Part shown: positions 41,608-53,492 of the stretch, in pieces
Position numbering within the stretch: the stretch's first letter is position 1
How the letters are laid out: every line of letters begins with the position of its first letter
Origin: an uncultured delta proteobacterium
GTDB taxonomy: Bacteria > Myxococcota > UBA727 > VGSZ01
Reading direction: 5' to 3'
Assembly (NCBI GenBank): GCA_963775425.1
Contig: CAVZJB010000016.1
Coordinates: 768,001 to 832,000, forward strand
DNA length: 64,000 bases
The notes under the pieces: generated by a model
The model's database searches: none
Told to the model about the DNA's origin: nothing
The model's input: only the letters and a program-made list of their open reading frames with translations
Position numbers and translations under genes: made by a program

Positions 41608-44421
41608 ATGTCGGCGGATCCGTCCCAATCCCGCATCCTCCTCGTGGGGCCGCGGGTGGTGCACCTCAAGCCCTTCTTCGACGCACGGCGGTACAACTGC
41701 GTCGCGGTGCAAAAGGGCGTCGAGGGTATGACGGCGCTCGACGCCGAGCCGCGCGACATCGTCATCCTCGAGCTCAACCTGGGCGATCTCACCGCCACCG
41801 AGTTCCTCATGGCGGCGCGGCAGGCCCACGCGCAGGCGAGCTTCCTCCTGCTCGACGACGCCTCGAAGGCCGGCCAGATCGTGAAGGCGCTGCAGGCGGG
41901 GCTCGACGGCTACCTGCCGACGCCCCCTGACGAGGATCGGCTGTTCTTCGAGGTCGAGCGCCACCTCAGGGGCGGCGGCGGCAACGGCATGAACACGGGG
42001 GAGACGCAGCTCACCACGCGGCCGCAGGAATTCACCGACCTCCACACGCAGCTCGCCGATCGCGAGAGCCAGCTCGTCGAGATCGGCATGCAAAACGACC
42101 TGCTCCAACAGGAGATCGGCAAGGCGCGCGAGCAGGCGAAGGCCTTCCAGGCCGTGCGCGGCGCGTTGGTCGGTGTCCTCGAGGGTGACCTCGACGAGGC
42201 GCAGGCGGTGCGTTTGCGGGAGCGCCTCGCGATGGCCACGGTCCTCGAGACCGAGGTCGAGGCGCTGCGCGAGGAGCTGTCGAGCATCCGCTCCGTGCGG
42301 CGCGAGCTGCAGGAGCAGGTCGACACCCTGCGCAAGAAGGTGACCGGCCTCGAGGGGCGCCTCGACGAAAAGAACGAGGACTCCCTCGAGGGAGCGGCGC
42401 TCAAGGATCGCGTCTCCGAGCTCGAGAGCGAGATCATGGTCCTCGAGGGCCGGCTCGCCGAGAGCGGCGAAGAGCTCGACCTCGCGCGCGCCGAGGTCGT
42501 CGCGCTCGAGCAGAAGCACGACGGCGAGCTGTCGGACCTCCAGCGCGAGCTGAGCCGCGTGTCGTCGGATCAGGCGGCGACCCAGGGCGACTCCGAGCGC
42601 GCCACGCAGGAGGCGGCGCAGACCGTCGCGCGGCTGAAGGAGGAGCACGAGGAAGCGCTCGCGCGCCTCAAGGAGGAGCACGAGGCTGCGCTCAAGCGCG
42701 CCGTCAGCGACGTCGAGATCGAGCGCGCCACCGTGCAGACGCGTGTCCAGGAGGCCATCGACGCCGAGCGCAAGCGGCTGCAGGCCGAGGCGGGCGGCCA
42801 GAAGGGCGCGCTCGAGCAGGAGCTGCAGGCGGCCATCGCGGAGCGGGAGCAGGCCGTCGGCCGCGCCCTCGACATCGAGCTCGTCCTCGACGAGCTCAAG
42901 CTCAAGATCGAGATGCTCGAGAGCGACGTCGAAAAGGAGAAGGAGCGCGCGACGAAGGCCGAGGAGACCTTCAAGAAGGACAAGCTGCGCCTCATCGAGG
43001 AGAAGGAGGTCGCCGCGTCCGGCTCCGGCGAGGCCTTCGAGAAGGTGCAGAAGTTCCTCGACGAGAACACCGTGCTCAAGCGGCAAAACGCCGAGCTCGA
43101 GGCCATGCGCGTCGCGCTCGAGCAGAAGGCGACCGCCGGCGAGGAGGCGCAGATGAACGCCGCCCTGCAGATGGAGCAGGCGGCCATCATCCGCGCCGAG
43201 GCCATCCAGCAGCGCGACACGGCCGAGGGGGCCAGGCGCGCCATCGAGGACCGCTGCGCGCAGCTCGAGCAGCGCGCCGCGGGCCTCGAGAAGTCGCTCG
43301 AGGAGGAGCGCCAGCGCCTGCTCGAGGCAGAGCGCGCGCTCGGGGACGCCGGCAGCATCAACAACAAGCTCGCCGACGTCACCGCCGCCAAGGACGCGCT
43401 CGAGAAGGAGGCCGAGCGCCTCGGCGAGAAGCTCGCGGAGTCCGAGGGCGCGCTGTTGCGCGTGCAGGACGAGCTGGAGCACCAAAGGAGCCTCGACGGC
43501 GACAACGACGCCCTCGTCGCCGACCTCAAGGAGCGCATCGGCAAGCTCGAGGACACCATCATCGACCGCGAGGCCGCCGCCAACGAGGCCAAGGAAGCGC
43601 TGGTCACGATGCAGCAGGAGCTCGAGGCGCAGCACAAATCGCTCACCGAGCACTACGAGGTCCGGCTCAAGGACGCGGCCGAGGGCAACCCGGGCGCCGC
43701 CACCGACGCCCTCGCCGAGCGCGACGCGTACCGCCAGCGCCTCGCCGAGACCGAGGCGTGGGTCCAACAGGCGCAGGTGCACCTCGAGGCGCTGCGCGTC
43801 GAGCGCGACCAGCTCGCGGCGCAGGCCACGGCCCTCGCCAACGACATCCACGCGCGCGGCGCAGAGTCGCAGGAGCTGTACGCGCAGTTGTCGCAAGCCA
43901 AGCAGCAGGTCGAGCAGCTCACGGCCCGCGCGGCGGGGCTCGAGCAGGAGCTGAACGCCGCACGCCAACAACAGCCTTCGCAGGGCGCCGACCCGAGCGC
44001 GCTCGCCGAGGCCCAGGCGGCCGCGCACAGCGCGCGGCAGCAGGTGCAGCAAGCGCAGCACGCGATGCAGGAGGCCCAGGACGCCTTGCAGCAGGCGCGG
44101 GCCGAGGCGCAGCAGGCGCGGGCGGAGGCGCAGGCCGCGCAGGCGCAGGCGGCGCAGGGCCAGGGACCCGACCCGCGCGCCTTCGCCGCCGCGCAAGACG
44201 AGGTGCGCGCGCTGCAGCAGCAGCTCCAGGCGCTGCAGATGCAGATGGCCCAGGGCGGCGGCGGCCGCCTGCCCGAGGAGCTCGAGCCGCTGCGCTGGAC
44301 GCTGACCGCCGCCATCGACGCCATCACCACGCTCGAGCAGCGCGAGCCGTCGTTGGGCGCGCACCTGCGCAACCTGCGCCTCCTCGCCAACACGCTCGCC
44401 CGGCTGTCGCCGTCGGGGTGA
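41608..44421 (+). CDS. Atypical receiver domain plus very long coiled-coil protein
   Basis: RILLVG, DIVILELNL, ALQAGLDGYL receiver-like N-terminus followed by about 800 aa of E/A/L/Q-rich heptads. Start could be 41575 or 41593. Confidence 0.8.
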   Translation: MSADPSQSRILLVGPRVVHLKPFFDARRYNCVAVQKGVEGMTALDAEPRDIVILELNLGDLTATEFLMAARQAHAQASFLLLDDASKAGQIVKALQAGLDGYLPTPPDEDRLFFEVERHLRGGGGNGMNTGETQLTTRPQEFTDLHTQLADRESQLVEIGMQNDLLQQEIGKAREQAKAFQAVRGALVGVLEGDLDEAQAVRLRERLAMATVLETEVEALREELSSIRSVRRELQEQVDTLRKKVTGLEGRLDEKNEDSLEGAALKDRVSELESEIMVLEGRLAESGEELDLARAEVVALEQKHDGELSDLQRELSRVSSDQAATQGDSERATQEAAQTVARLKEEHEEALARLKEEHEAALKRAVSDVEIERATVQTRVQEAIDAERKRLQAEAGGQKGALEQELQAAIAEREQAVGRALDIELVLDELKLKIEMLESDVEKEKERATKAEETFKKDKLRLIEEKEVAASGSGEAFEKVQKFLDENTVLKRQNAELEAMRVALEQKATAGEEAQMNAALQMEQAAIIRAEAIQQRDTAEGARRAIEDRCAQLEQRAAGLEKSLEEERQRLLEAERALGDAGSINNKLADVTAAKDALEKEAERLGEKLAESEGALLRVQDELEHQRSLDGDNDALVADLKERIGKLEDTIIDREAAANEAKEALVTMQQELEAQHKSLTEHYEVRLKDAAEGNPGAATDALAERDAYRQRLAETEAWVQQAQVHLEALRVERDQLAAQATALANDIHARGAESQELYAQLSQAKQQVEQLTARAAGLEQELNAARQQQPSQGADPSALAEAQAAAHSARQQVQQAQHAMQEAQDALQQARAEAQQARAEAQAAQAQAAQGQGPDPRAFAAAQDEVRALQQQLQALQMQMAQGGGGRLPEELEPLRWTLTAAIDAITTLEQREPSLGAHLRNLRLLANTLARLSPSG

Positions 44422-44497
44422 GCCGCGTGTCTCTGATCAGCGCAGCGGCCGACGCCGGTCATCTGCCGTTGGCACGGATTTCGGTTGCCGTTGGCCG

Positions 44498-45844
44498 ATG
44501 GCGACCCGCACCGATCTCCCGCCGGGCAGCTCGCGCGTGCTCGTGCACGCCGCCAAGCGCGCCCTCGCCCCCTTGGAGCGCTTCTTCGCGGTAGAGGCCG
44601 CCGGCGGCATCGTGCTCCTCGTGGCCGCCGCCGTCGCGCTTTGCTGGGCGAACTCGCCGTGGAGCGAGCGCTACTTCGCCCTGTGGGAGACGCCGCTGTC
44701 GTTGCACGTCGGTTCGCTGTTGTTGGAGCACGACCTGCGCTTCGTCGTGAACGACGGCCTGATGACCGTGTTCTTCCTCCTCGCCGGCCTCGAGATCCGC
44801 CGCGAGCTCCATCGCGGCGAGCTGTCCACCTTGCGGCGCGCGGCGCTCCCCGCGGTCGCCGCGGCGGGCGGCATGGTCGTGCCCGCGTGCATCTTCCTCG
44901 CGCTCAACGCGGGGGGGCCCGGCGCCGCCGGCTGGGGCATCCCCATGGCCACGGACATCGCGTTCGCCGCCGGCGTGTTCGCCCTGCTGGGCGAGCGGGT
45001 GCCCCGCGCGCTGCGCGTCCAATTGCTCGCGCTCGCCGTCATCGACGACGTCGGCGCGTTCCTCGTCATCGCCATCTTCTACTCGAGCCACCTCGCCCCT
45101 GTCGGCTTCGTCGTCGCCGCCGCCGGCATCGGCATCATCCTCGTCATGCAGTGGGCCGGCGTGCGCCCGCCGTGGGCCTACGTCGCCCCCGGCGTCGTCG
45201 TGTGGGCCGGCGCGCTCGCCGCCGGCATGCACCCCGCGCTCTCCGGCGTCGTCGTCGGGCTCCTGACACCCACGCGCGCGTGGCTCGGCCTCGAGGGGTT
45301 CCTCGAGGAGGCCCGCGCGACGCTCGGCGCGCTGCGCGGCGGCGGCGACTCCGCCACGGTGCAGCGCCGCCTCGATCGGGTCGCGACGGCGCGCCGCGAG
45401 GCGGTCTCGCCGCTCGACAACGTCGAGCACTCCCTCGTGCGCTGGGTGGCCTACGGCATCATGCCGCTCTTCGCGCTCGCCAACGCCGGCGTGCGCATCA
45501 CCGCCGGCACCCTCGAGGGGGAGCCGATGTTGATCGTCGGCGTCGTCGCCGGCCTGGTCGTCGGCAAGCCGCTCGGCGTGGTGGCGTTTTCGTGGCTGGC
45601 GGCGCGGGCGCGCCTGGTCACCCTGCCCGACGCCGTCACCTGGCCGCGGCTCGCCCTCGTCGGTGTGGTCGCCGGCATCGGCTTCACGATGTCGATCTTC
45701 ATCGCCGAGCTCGCCTTCGTCGACGAGGAGCACGTCGCTTCGGCGAAGCTCGCCGTGCTGATCGCCTCGGGCGCCGCCGCGCTGCTCGCGGTGTTCTTCG
45801 GGCGGAGGCTCCGCCCGCTCCCCGCTACACTTCCTTCAGCTTGA
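44498..45844 (+). CDS. nhaA: Na+/H+ antiporter NhaA
   Basis: NDGLM..FF..GLEI.RE, GWGIPMATDIAF, LAVIDD, PLFALANAG, GIGFTMSIFI. Confidence 0.95.
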   Translation: MATRTDLPPGSSRVLVHAAKRALAPLERFFAVEAAGGIVLLVAAAVALCWANSPWSERYFALWETPLSLHVGSLLLEHDLRFVVNDGLMTVFFLLAGLEIRRELHRGELSTLRRAALPAVAAAGGMVVPACIFLALNAGGPGAAGWGIPMATDIAFAAGVFALLGERVPRALRVQLLALAVIDDVGAFLVIAIFYSSHLAPVGFVVAAAGIGIILVMQWAGVRPPWAYVAPGVVVWAGALAAGMHPALSGVVVGLLTPTRAWLGLEGFLEEARATLGALRGGGDSATVQRRLDRVATARREAVSPLDNVEHSLVRWVAYGIMPLFALANAGVRITAGTLEGEPMLIVGVVAGLVVGKPLGVVAFSWLAARARLVTLPDAVTWPRLALVGVVAGIGFTMSIFIAELAFVDEEHVASAKLAVLIASGAAALLAVFFGRRLRPLPATLPSA

Positions 45845-46027
45845 AGCGGCTCTCCCCGAGCATGACGACCTTGAAGGTGTTGCCGCAGTAGTAGCAGAGC
45901 ACCTCGCTGCCGCCGCGAAAGCCGTCCGGGTAGGGGTTGTTGGCGTTGCAGTCGGGGCAGTCGAATTCATCGAACGCCTTGCCCTGGGGGGCGGGGCTGT
46001 CGTCGTCGTCGAAGTTGAAGTCGACCA

Positions 46028-46028
<1 letters not shown>
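45825..46028 (-). CDS. Small zinc-ribbon protein (67 aa)
   Basis: ATG overlaps the kinase stop (TGATG); CPDC...CYYC; acidic N-terminus. Confidence 0.75.
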
Positions 46029-49120
<3,092 letters not shown>

Positions 49121-49157
49121 CGCGGCCGAGCTTAGCTCGACGTGCTAAGCCGGCGCC

Positions 49158-50351
49158 ATGCGCGCGCTCCTCGCCGTCGTCGCCCTCGCCGCCGCGTGCG
49201 CCACCGCTCCTACGCCGGCCCACACCGCGCCCCCCGACGAGCTCCCGGCGGGCGAGCCGCCGCCGCTCGTCGTGGTGCACAAGCGCCCCGCCGGCGCCGC
49301 GGCGAAAGACGCCGGCGTCGCCGTGGACGCCCGGCCCGCGCCGCAGGGGCCGGCGATGATCGTGCACCTCCTCGACGTCGGCCAGGGCGCGGCCACGCTG
49401 GTGGAGCTGCCGTGCGGCGCCGTCCTCGTCGACACGGGCGGCGAGGAGGACGAGGACTTCGACTCGGTCGAGGCCCTCGACGCGCAGCTCGACGCGTTCT
49501 TCGCGCGCCGCACGGATCTCGCGCGCACCATCGACGTCTTGTTCATCACGCACCCGCACATCGACCACGTGCGCGGGGTCCCGTCGGTGCTTTCGCGCTA
49601 CACGGTGAAGAACGTCGTCGACGACGGCCTGATGGGCGCGCGGAACGTGCACCCCGAGGAGGAGGCGCTGCGCGCGTTCGTCGCCGAGCACCACGCCGGC
49701 TACCGCGGCGTGCACCGCGATGACGTCGCCGCGAAGACGGGGCTCACCGACGACGTCATCGATCCGCTGGCGTGCGCGCCGGTGGATCCCGTGATCCGGG
49801 TGCTCTCGGGGAGCGTGGACGGCGACCCCGGCTGGGGGCGCAACCGCTACGGCAAGCGCGAGGTCGACAACATGAACAACCACTCGCTGGTGGTGCGCTT
49901 CGACTTCGGCAAGTCGTCGTTCCTCGTCACCGGTGATCTCGAGGAGGTGGCCATCCACGACCTCGTCGACAAGTACGCGGGGACCGGCCTCCTCGACGCC
50001 GACGTCCTCGAGGCGGGGCACCACGGCTCGTACAACGGGACCACGCCGGACCTGATGCGCGCGGTGACGCCCGACGTGGCGCTGATCTCCGTGGGCTCCC
50101 CCGATCGCGAGCACCCATGGACCGCGTGGGCCTTCGGGCACCCGCGCGAGCAGGCGGTGCAGCTCCTCGAGGGGGCGGTGAAGTTGCGGCGGAGGCCCGT
50201 CGACGTGCTCGTGGGCATCAAGGTGAAAGGCTTCGTCACCGAGCACCTGCGCGGGGCGGTGTTCGCCACCGGGTGGGACGGCCCCGTCGACGTCACCCTC
50301 GGCGCCGACGGCGCGCTGGCCGTGGCCCGGGCCGCGCCGCCGTCTTCCTGA
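49158..50351 (+). CDS. ComEC/Rec2-like metallo-beta-lactamase-fold lipoprotein
   Basis: Lipobox LAAAC; LDVGQG, LVDTG, THPHIDH, NNHS, TGD, HHGS, FGHP; no ComEC membrane channel domain. Confidence 0.85.
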   Translation: MRALLAVVALAAACATAPTPAHTAPPDELPAGEPPPLVVVHKRPAGAAAKDAGVAVDARPAPQGPAMIVHLLDVGQGAATLVELPCGAVLVDTGGEEDEDFDSVEALDAQLDAFFARRTDLARTIDVLFITHPHIDHVRGVPSVLSRYTVKNVVDDGLMGARNVHPEEEALRAFVAEHHAGYRGVHRDDVAAKTGLTDDVIDPLACAPVDPVIRVLSGSVDGDPGWGRNRYGKREVDNMNNHSLVVRFDFGKSSFLVTGDLEEVAIHDLVDKYAGTGLLDADVLEAGHHGSYNGTTPDLMRAVTPDVALISVGSPDREHPWTAWAFGHPREQAVQLLEGAVKLRRRPVDVLVGIKVKGFVTEHLRGAVFATGWDGPVDVTLGADGALAVARAAPPSS

Positions 50352-50441
50352 GGCTCTCTCTCGAGACGACGGCCGGACGGTCGGCACCCCCCTGTTTCGG
50401 GGGAGTTTCAGCTCCGCGCCGGGGTCGCAGACTGCGGAGCC

Positions 50442-52793
50442 ATGAAACACGCCTTTGTCGTCGGCGGCGTGATCGTCGCCTGTGCTTCTTCGGGTTGTGG
50501 CGGCGGGCCTTCCCCGGCCGCGGACTTCGGCGACGGCGTCAGCGTGGAGCCGCTGCTCCTCGATCCGGGCACCGTGCCCGAGGCGCCGCGCGACGACACG
50601 CCGGCGGAGCCGCGCGACCGCACGGCCACCGTCAGCGGGATCGCCGTCGACGACGACGGCCGCCCCGTCGCAGACGCCGGCGTCACCGTCAACGGCGTGG
50701 CGACGCGGACCGACCGCGGCGGCGCGTGGAGCGCCACCGTCGTCGACGCCACGAGGATCATCGCGACCTTCGAGGAGGCGGGCTACGCGCCGGTCACGCA
50801 CGTCGGCGATCGCAGCCAGAGCGGCATCAAGGTGCAGATGCCGGCCGTCGAGCGCGTCGCGGTGGACGCGCCCTTGCGCGGCTTCACGGTGCGCGAGTCG
50901 CGCCACGGCTCGAGCGTGACGGTGCCGCCGAACGCGCTCGTCAGCGCGCGCGGCGCGCGGCCGACGGGGCGGGTGTGGGTCGAGCTGCACACGTATGACG
51001 TCGGGCGGATCGGCGCGCCGCAGCCGCCCGGCGACGGGGCGGCGATCGACGGGCGCGGCCAGGACGCCACCGTCGAGTCGATCGCGGCGCTCTCCATCGC
51101 CGTCCACGACGACGACGGCGTCGCCTACGACCTCGTGCGCGGCGTGCAGGCGAGCGCGCAGATCGGCGTGGCGGAGGAGATGAGGGGTGTCGCGGCGGAG
51201 AACACGCGCGCGGGGACATCGAGCTACGACGACGGGAGCGGGGCGTGGCGGTCGGGTGGGACCGTGGCTTTGTACGACGCGCGGAAGCTCGCGTACCTCG
51301 CGACGATCGAGTCGCTCGACGAGGTCTGGGACGTCGATCTGGTCCCGTACGCCACAGCGCCCGCCTGCCTCGGTGTTCGCATCGAGCGCGAGACCACCGT
51401 GGTCCCCGTCGTCGTCGCGCTCTACCGGTTCCGCTACAACTACGAGGACTGGAAATTCGTACGCTTCCTGGACTTCGACGACTACGACAAGCACGCGATC
51501 TACCGAATGGGGGAGAATCAGAGCTACAAATTCGAGGTCTATTCCGGCGACGCCGAGACGCTGCTGAGCTCGTGGACGGTGCAGACGGGAGCAGGACAGA
51601 GCGCCCCGTACCCACCCGTCTCGCAGTGTCAGAGCGCGGAGTTGGCGACCACCCACCCGCCGTGGCCGCAGTTCCTCTCGCTCCCGGACGCCGGTTCGAG
51701 CGCGAGCGCCGCGGCCTACTACGCGAGGATTGACCCGGCTTCCCTGCGCGCCTCGCTCTCTGCGTTCAAGGCGGTCAACGGCTTCTCGACGCAGAACCCC
51801 GGCGTCAACGCGGAGTTCTTCAACAAAAACGAGCTCGGCCTCGGCCGCGATCTCACCTGCGCCGCGAACGGCAACGGCAACTTCGCCTGCTATCTCCGGA
51901 AGTACGGGCACCCCGGAGAGACACCGAAGAAGGCGTTGCACGACATGTTCGCGAACGTCGATCCCGGGGACACGGTGGCGATGGAGTTCTCGGGGGTTCC
52001 CGGGAGGGGCATCGGCAACGTCGTGAAGTTCTATGTGTTCGCGCCGAGCGGGGTTCGCAAGCTCTCCACCGCCTTCGACCCGCAGGGCGAGAAGTTCGTC
52101 CCCAACGTGTGCACCGGCTGCCACGGGGGCACGCCGTCCGAGACCTACCCCGATCCCGCGAGCGCGGACATCGGCGCGGTCTTTGTCCCCGTGGATCCCT
52201 CCACCCACGTGTACTCGCCGGTGCGGCCGCGGACCGTACAGGAGGACGCCCTGCGCCAGATCAACGCCTGGGTCCACACGCAGACCAGGCCGGAGGCGGC
52301 GTCGGTCAAGGACTACGTCGAATCGATGTACCCGGACGGCGTCGACGCCCCGGGTTCCGTCGCCGCCGCCTTCGTCCCCAGGAGCTACGCGCTCGCGTTC
52401 AGACAATCGACGTACACGTCAATCATCAAGCCGTACTGCCAGCTCTGCCACCTGGCGCGCCCCGTCTTCGATTGGACCGACTATGGCAACTTGCAGGCGC
52501 ACGCGCCCGCCGTCCACGATTACACCTGCCCCACGCCCGGTTCCGGCCCGACGGTCATGCCGCATGCCTTCGTTCCGTTCCGGAACCTCTGGCAGGGCCC
52601 GCTCGGACGGCAGCGCGTCGACAAGCTCATGGCCGACATCGGCGCGCCGCTGTGCCCGGAGGAGCCGCACTCGGTTCTTCCTCCTTGCGACCCCAATGTC
52701 TGCAACGGCATGTGGACGTACTGCGTCGCCGAGGACTGCACCTACTGCAACTATTATTGCTCGGACGGGTATTGCATCGATCCTTGCTACTGA
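50442..52793 (+). CDS. Large lipoprotein with carboxypeptidase-regulatory-like domain and two CxxCH heme-c motifs
   Basis: Lipobox SSGC; CTGCH and CQLCH; MPHA; Cys/Tyr-rich C-terminus; visibly more A/T-rich than its neighbours. Confidence 0.72.
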   Translation: MKHAFVVGGVIVACASSGCGGGPSPAADFGDGVSVEPLLLDPGTVPEAPRDDTPAEPRDRTATVSGIAVDDDGRPVADAGVTVNGVATRTDRGGAWSATVVDATRIIATFEEAGYAPVTHVGDRSQSGIKVQMPAVERVAVDAPLRGFTVRESRHGSSVTVPPNALVSARGARPTGRVWVELHTYDVGRIGAPQPPGDGAAIDGRGQDATVESIAALSIAVHDDDGVAYDLVRGVQASAQIGVAEEMRGVAAENTRAGTSSYDDGSGAWRSGGTVALYDARKLAYLATIESLDEVWDVDLVPYATAPACLGVRIERETTVVPVVVALYRFRYNYEDWKFVRFLDFDDYDKHAIYRMGENQSYKFEVYSGDAETLLSSWTVQTGAGQSAPYPPVSQCQSAELATTHPPWPQFLSLPDAGSSASAAAYYARIDPASLRASLSAFKAVNGFSTQNPGVNAEFFNKNELGLGRDLTCAANGNGNFACYLRKYGHPGETPKKALHDMFANVDPGDTVAMEFSGVPGRGIGNVVKFYVFAPSGVRKLSTAFDPQGEKFVPNVCTGCHGGTPSETYPDPASADIGAVFVPVDPSTHVYSPVRPRTVQEDALRQINAWVHTQTRPEAASVKDYVESMYPDGVDAPGSVAAAFVPRSYALAFRQSTYTSIIKPYCQLCHLARPVFDWTDYGNLQAHAPAVHDYTCPTPGSGPTVMPHAFVPFRNLWQGPLGRQRVDKLMADIGAPLCPEEPHSVLPPCDPNVCNGMWTYCVAEDCTYCNYYCSDGYCIDPCY

Positions 52794-52810
52794 CCCGACA
52801 CCGAATCCCC

Positions 52811-52900
52811 GTGCGCGCGGCGCACCCCGGCCAACACACGGTACGCGCGGTGCACCCCGGCCAACACACACCGTGCGCGCGGCGCACCCCGGCCAACACC
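52811..52900. repeat. 30-32-bp tandem repeat x3
   Basis: GT(G/A)CGCGCGG(C/T)GCACCCCGGCCAACAC at 52811, 52841 and 52873. Confidence 0.9.
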
Positions 52901-53492
52901 GCGCGCGCGCAACCTGGCCCACCGGGCCCGGGGCGCTCCTCCGCTGTCGGTGGACCGCTGCATCGCGCGCGCTCGCGCCGCAACCGCGACGAGCGCTAGC
53001 CGGTGGCGGCGCAGCTCGACGAGGACCTGCGCGCCATCGAGGCGGAGCTGCGCCGGACCGCGGGGGCAGCACAGTCATCGGCCGCGCCCGCGGCACAGGC
53101 ACCACCGACGTGCGCGCCATGCTCGACGACGGCGCGTCCGCCGCGGGCTCGCCCCTGCTCGTGCCCTCGTCCCCCGGCGCGCCGTCGGCGGTGACGGCGT
53201 GGGTGACGACGGTGGTGACGGCGGCGTTCATCAAGCGCTCCGGCTGTCCCGGTCCGCGCTGTCCTGGTCCGCGGGCTGTACGCGTCCGCGGGCGCGCTCC
53301 TCGTCGGCGCGGTGGCGGGCCTCATGCTTTTGCGCAGCTGCGCGCTCTGAGCGCGCCGCAGGGTCAGCGGCGGCGTCATCTGCGATCTGCGTCAGCGGCG
53401 CCTCGAGGCCGACGACGAGGGGCCGCACGGGCAGCTCCCGAGGTCGCCGTCGCCGCCTTCCCATTCGCCTCACGCTCGCTCGCCGGCGAGCT

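Noticed and set aside
44470-44489. Sigma54 promoter before nhaA (TTGGCACGGATTTCGGTTGC)
   Set aside because: The -24 half is perfect, but the GC is not at the obligatory GG-N10-GC spacing.
52811-52900. Mini-CRISPR
   Set aside because: Repeat length fits, but the units are directly adjacent with no spacers.
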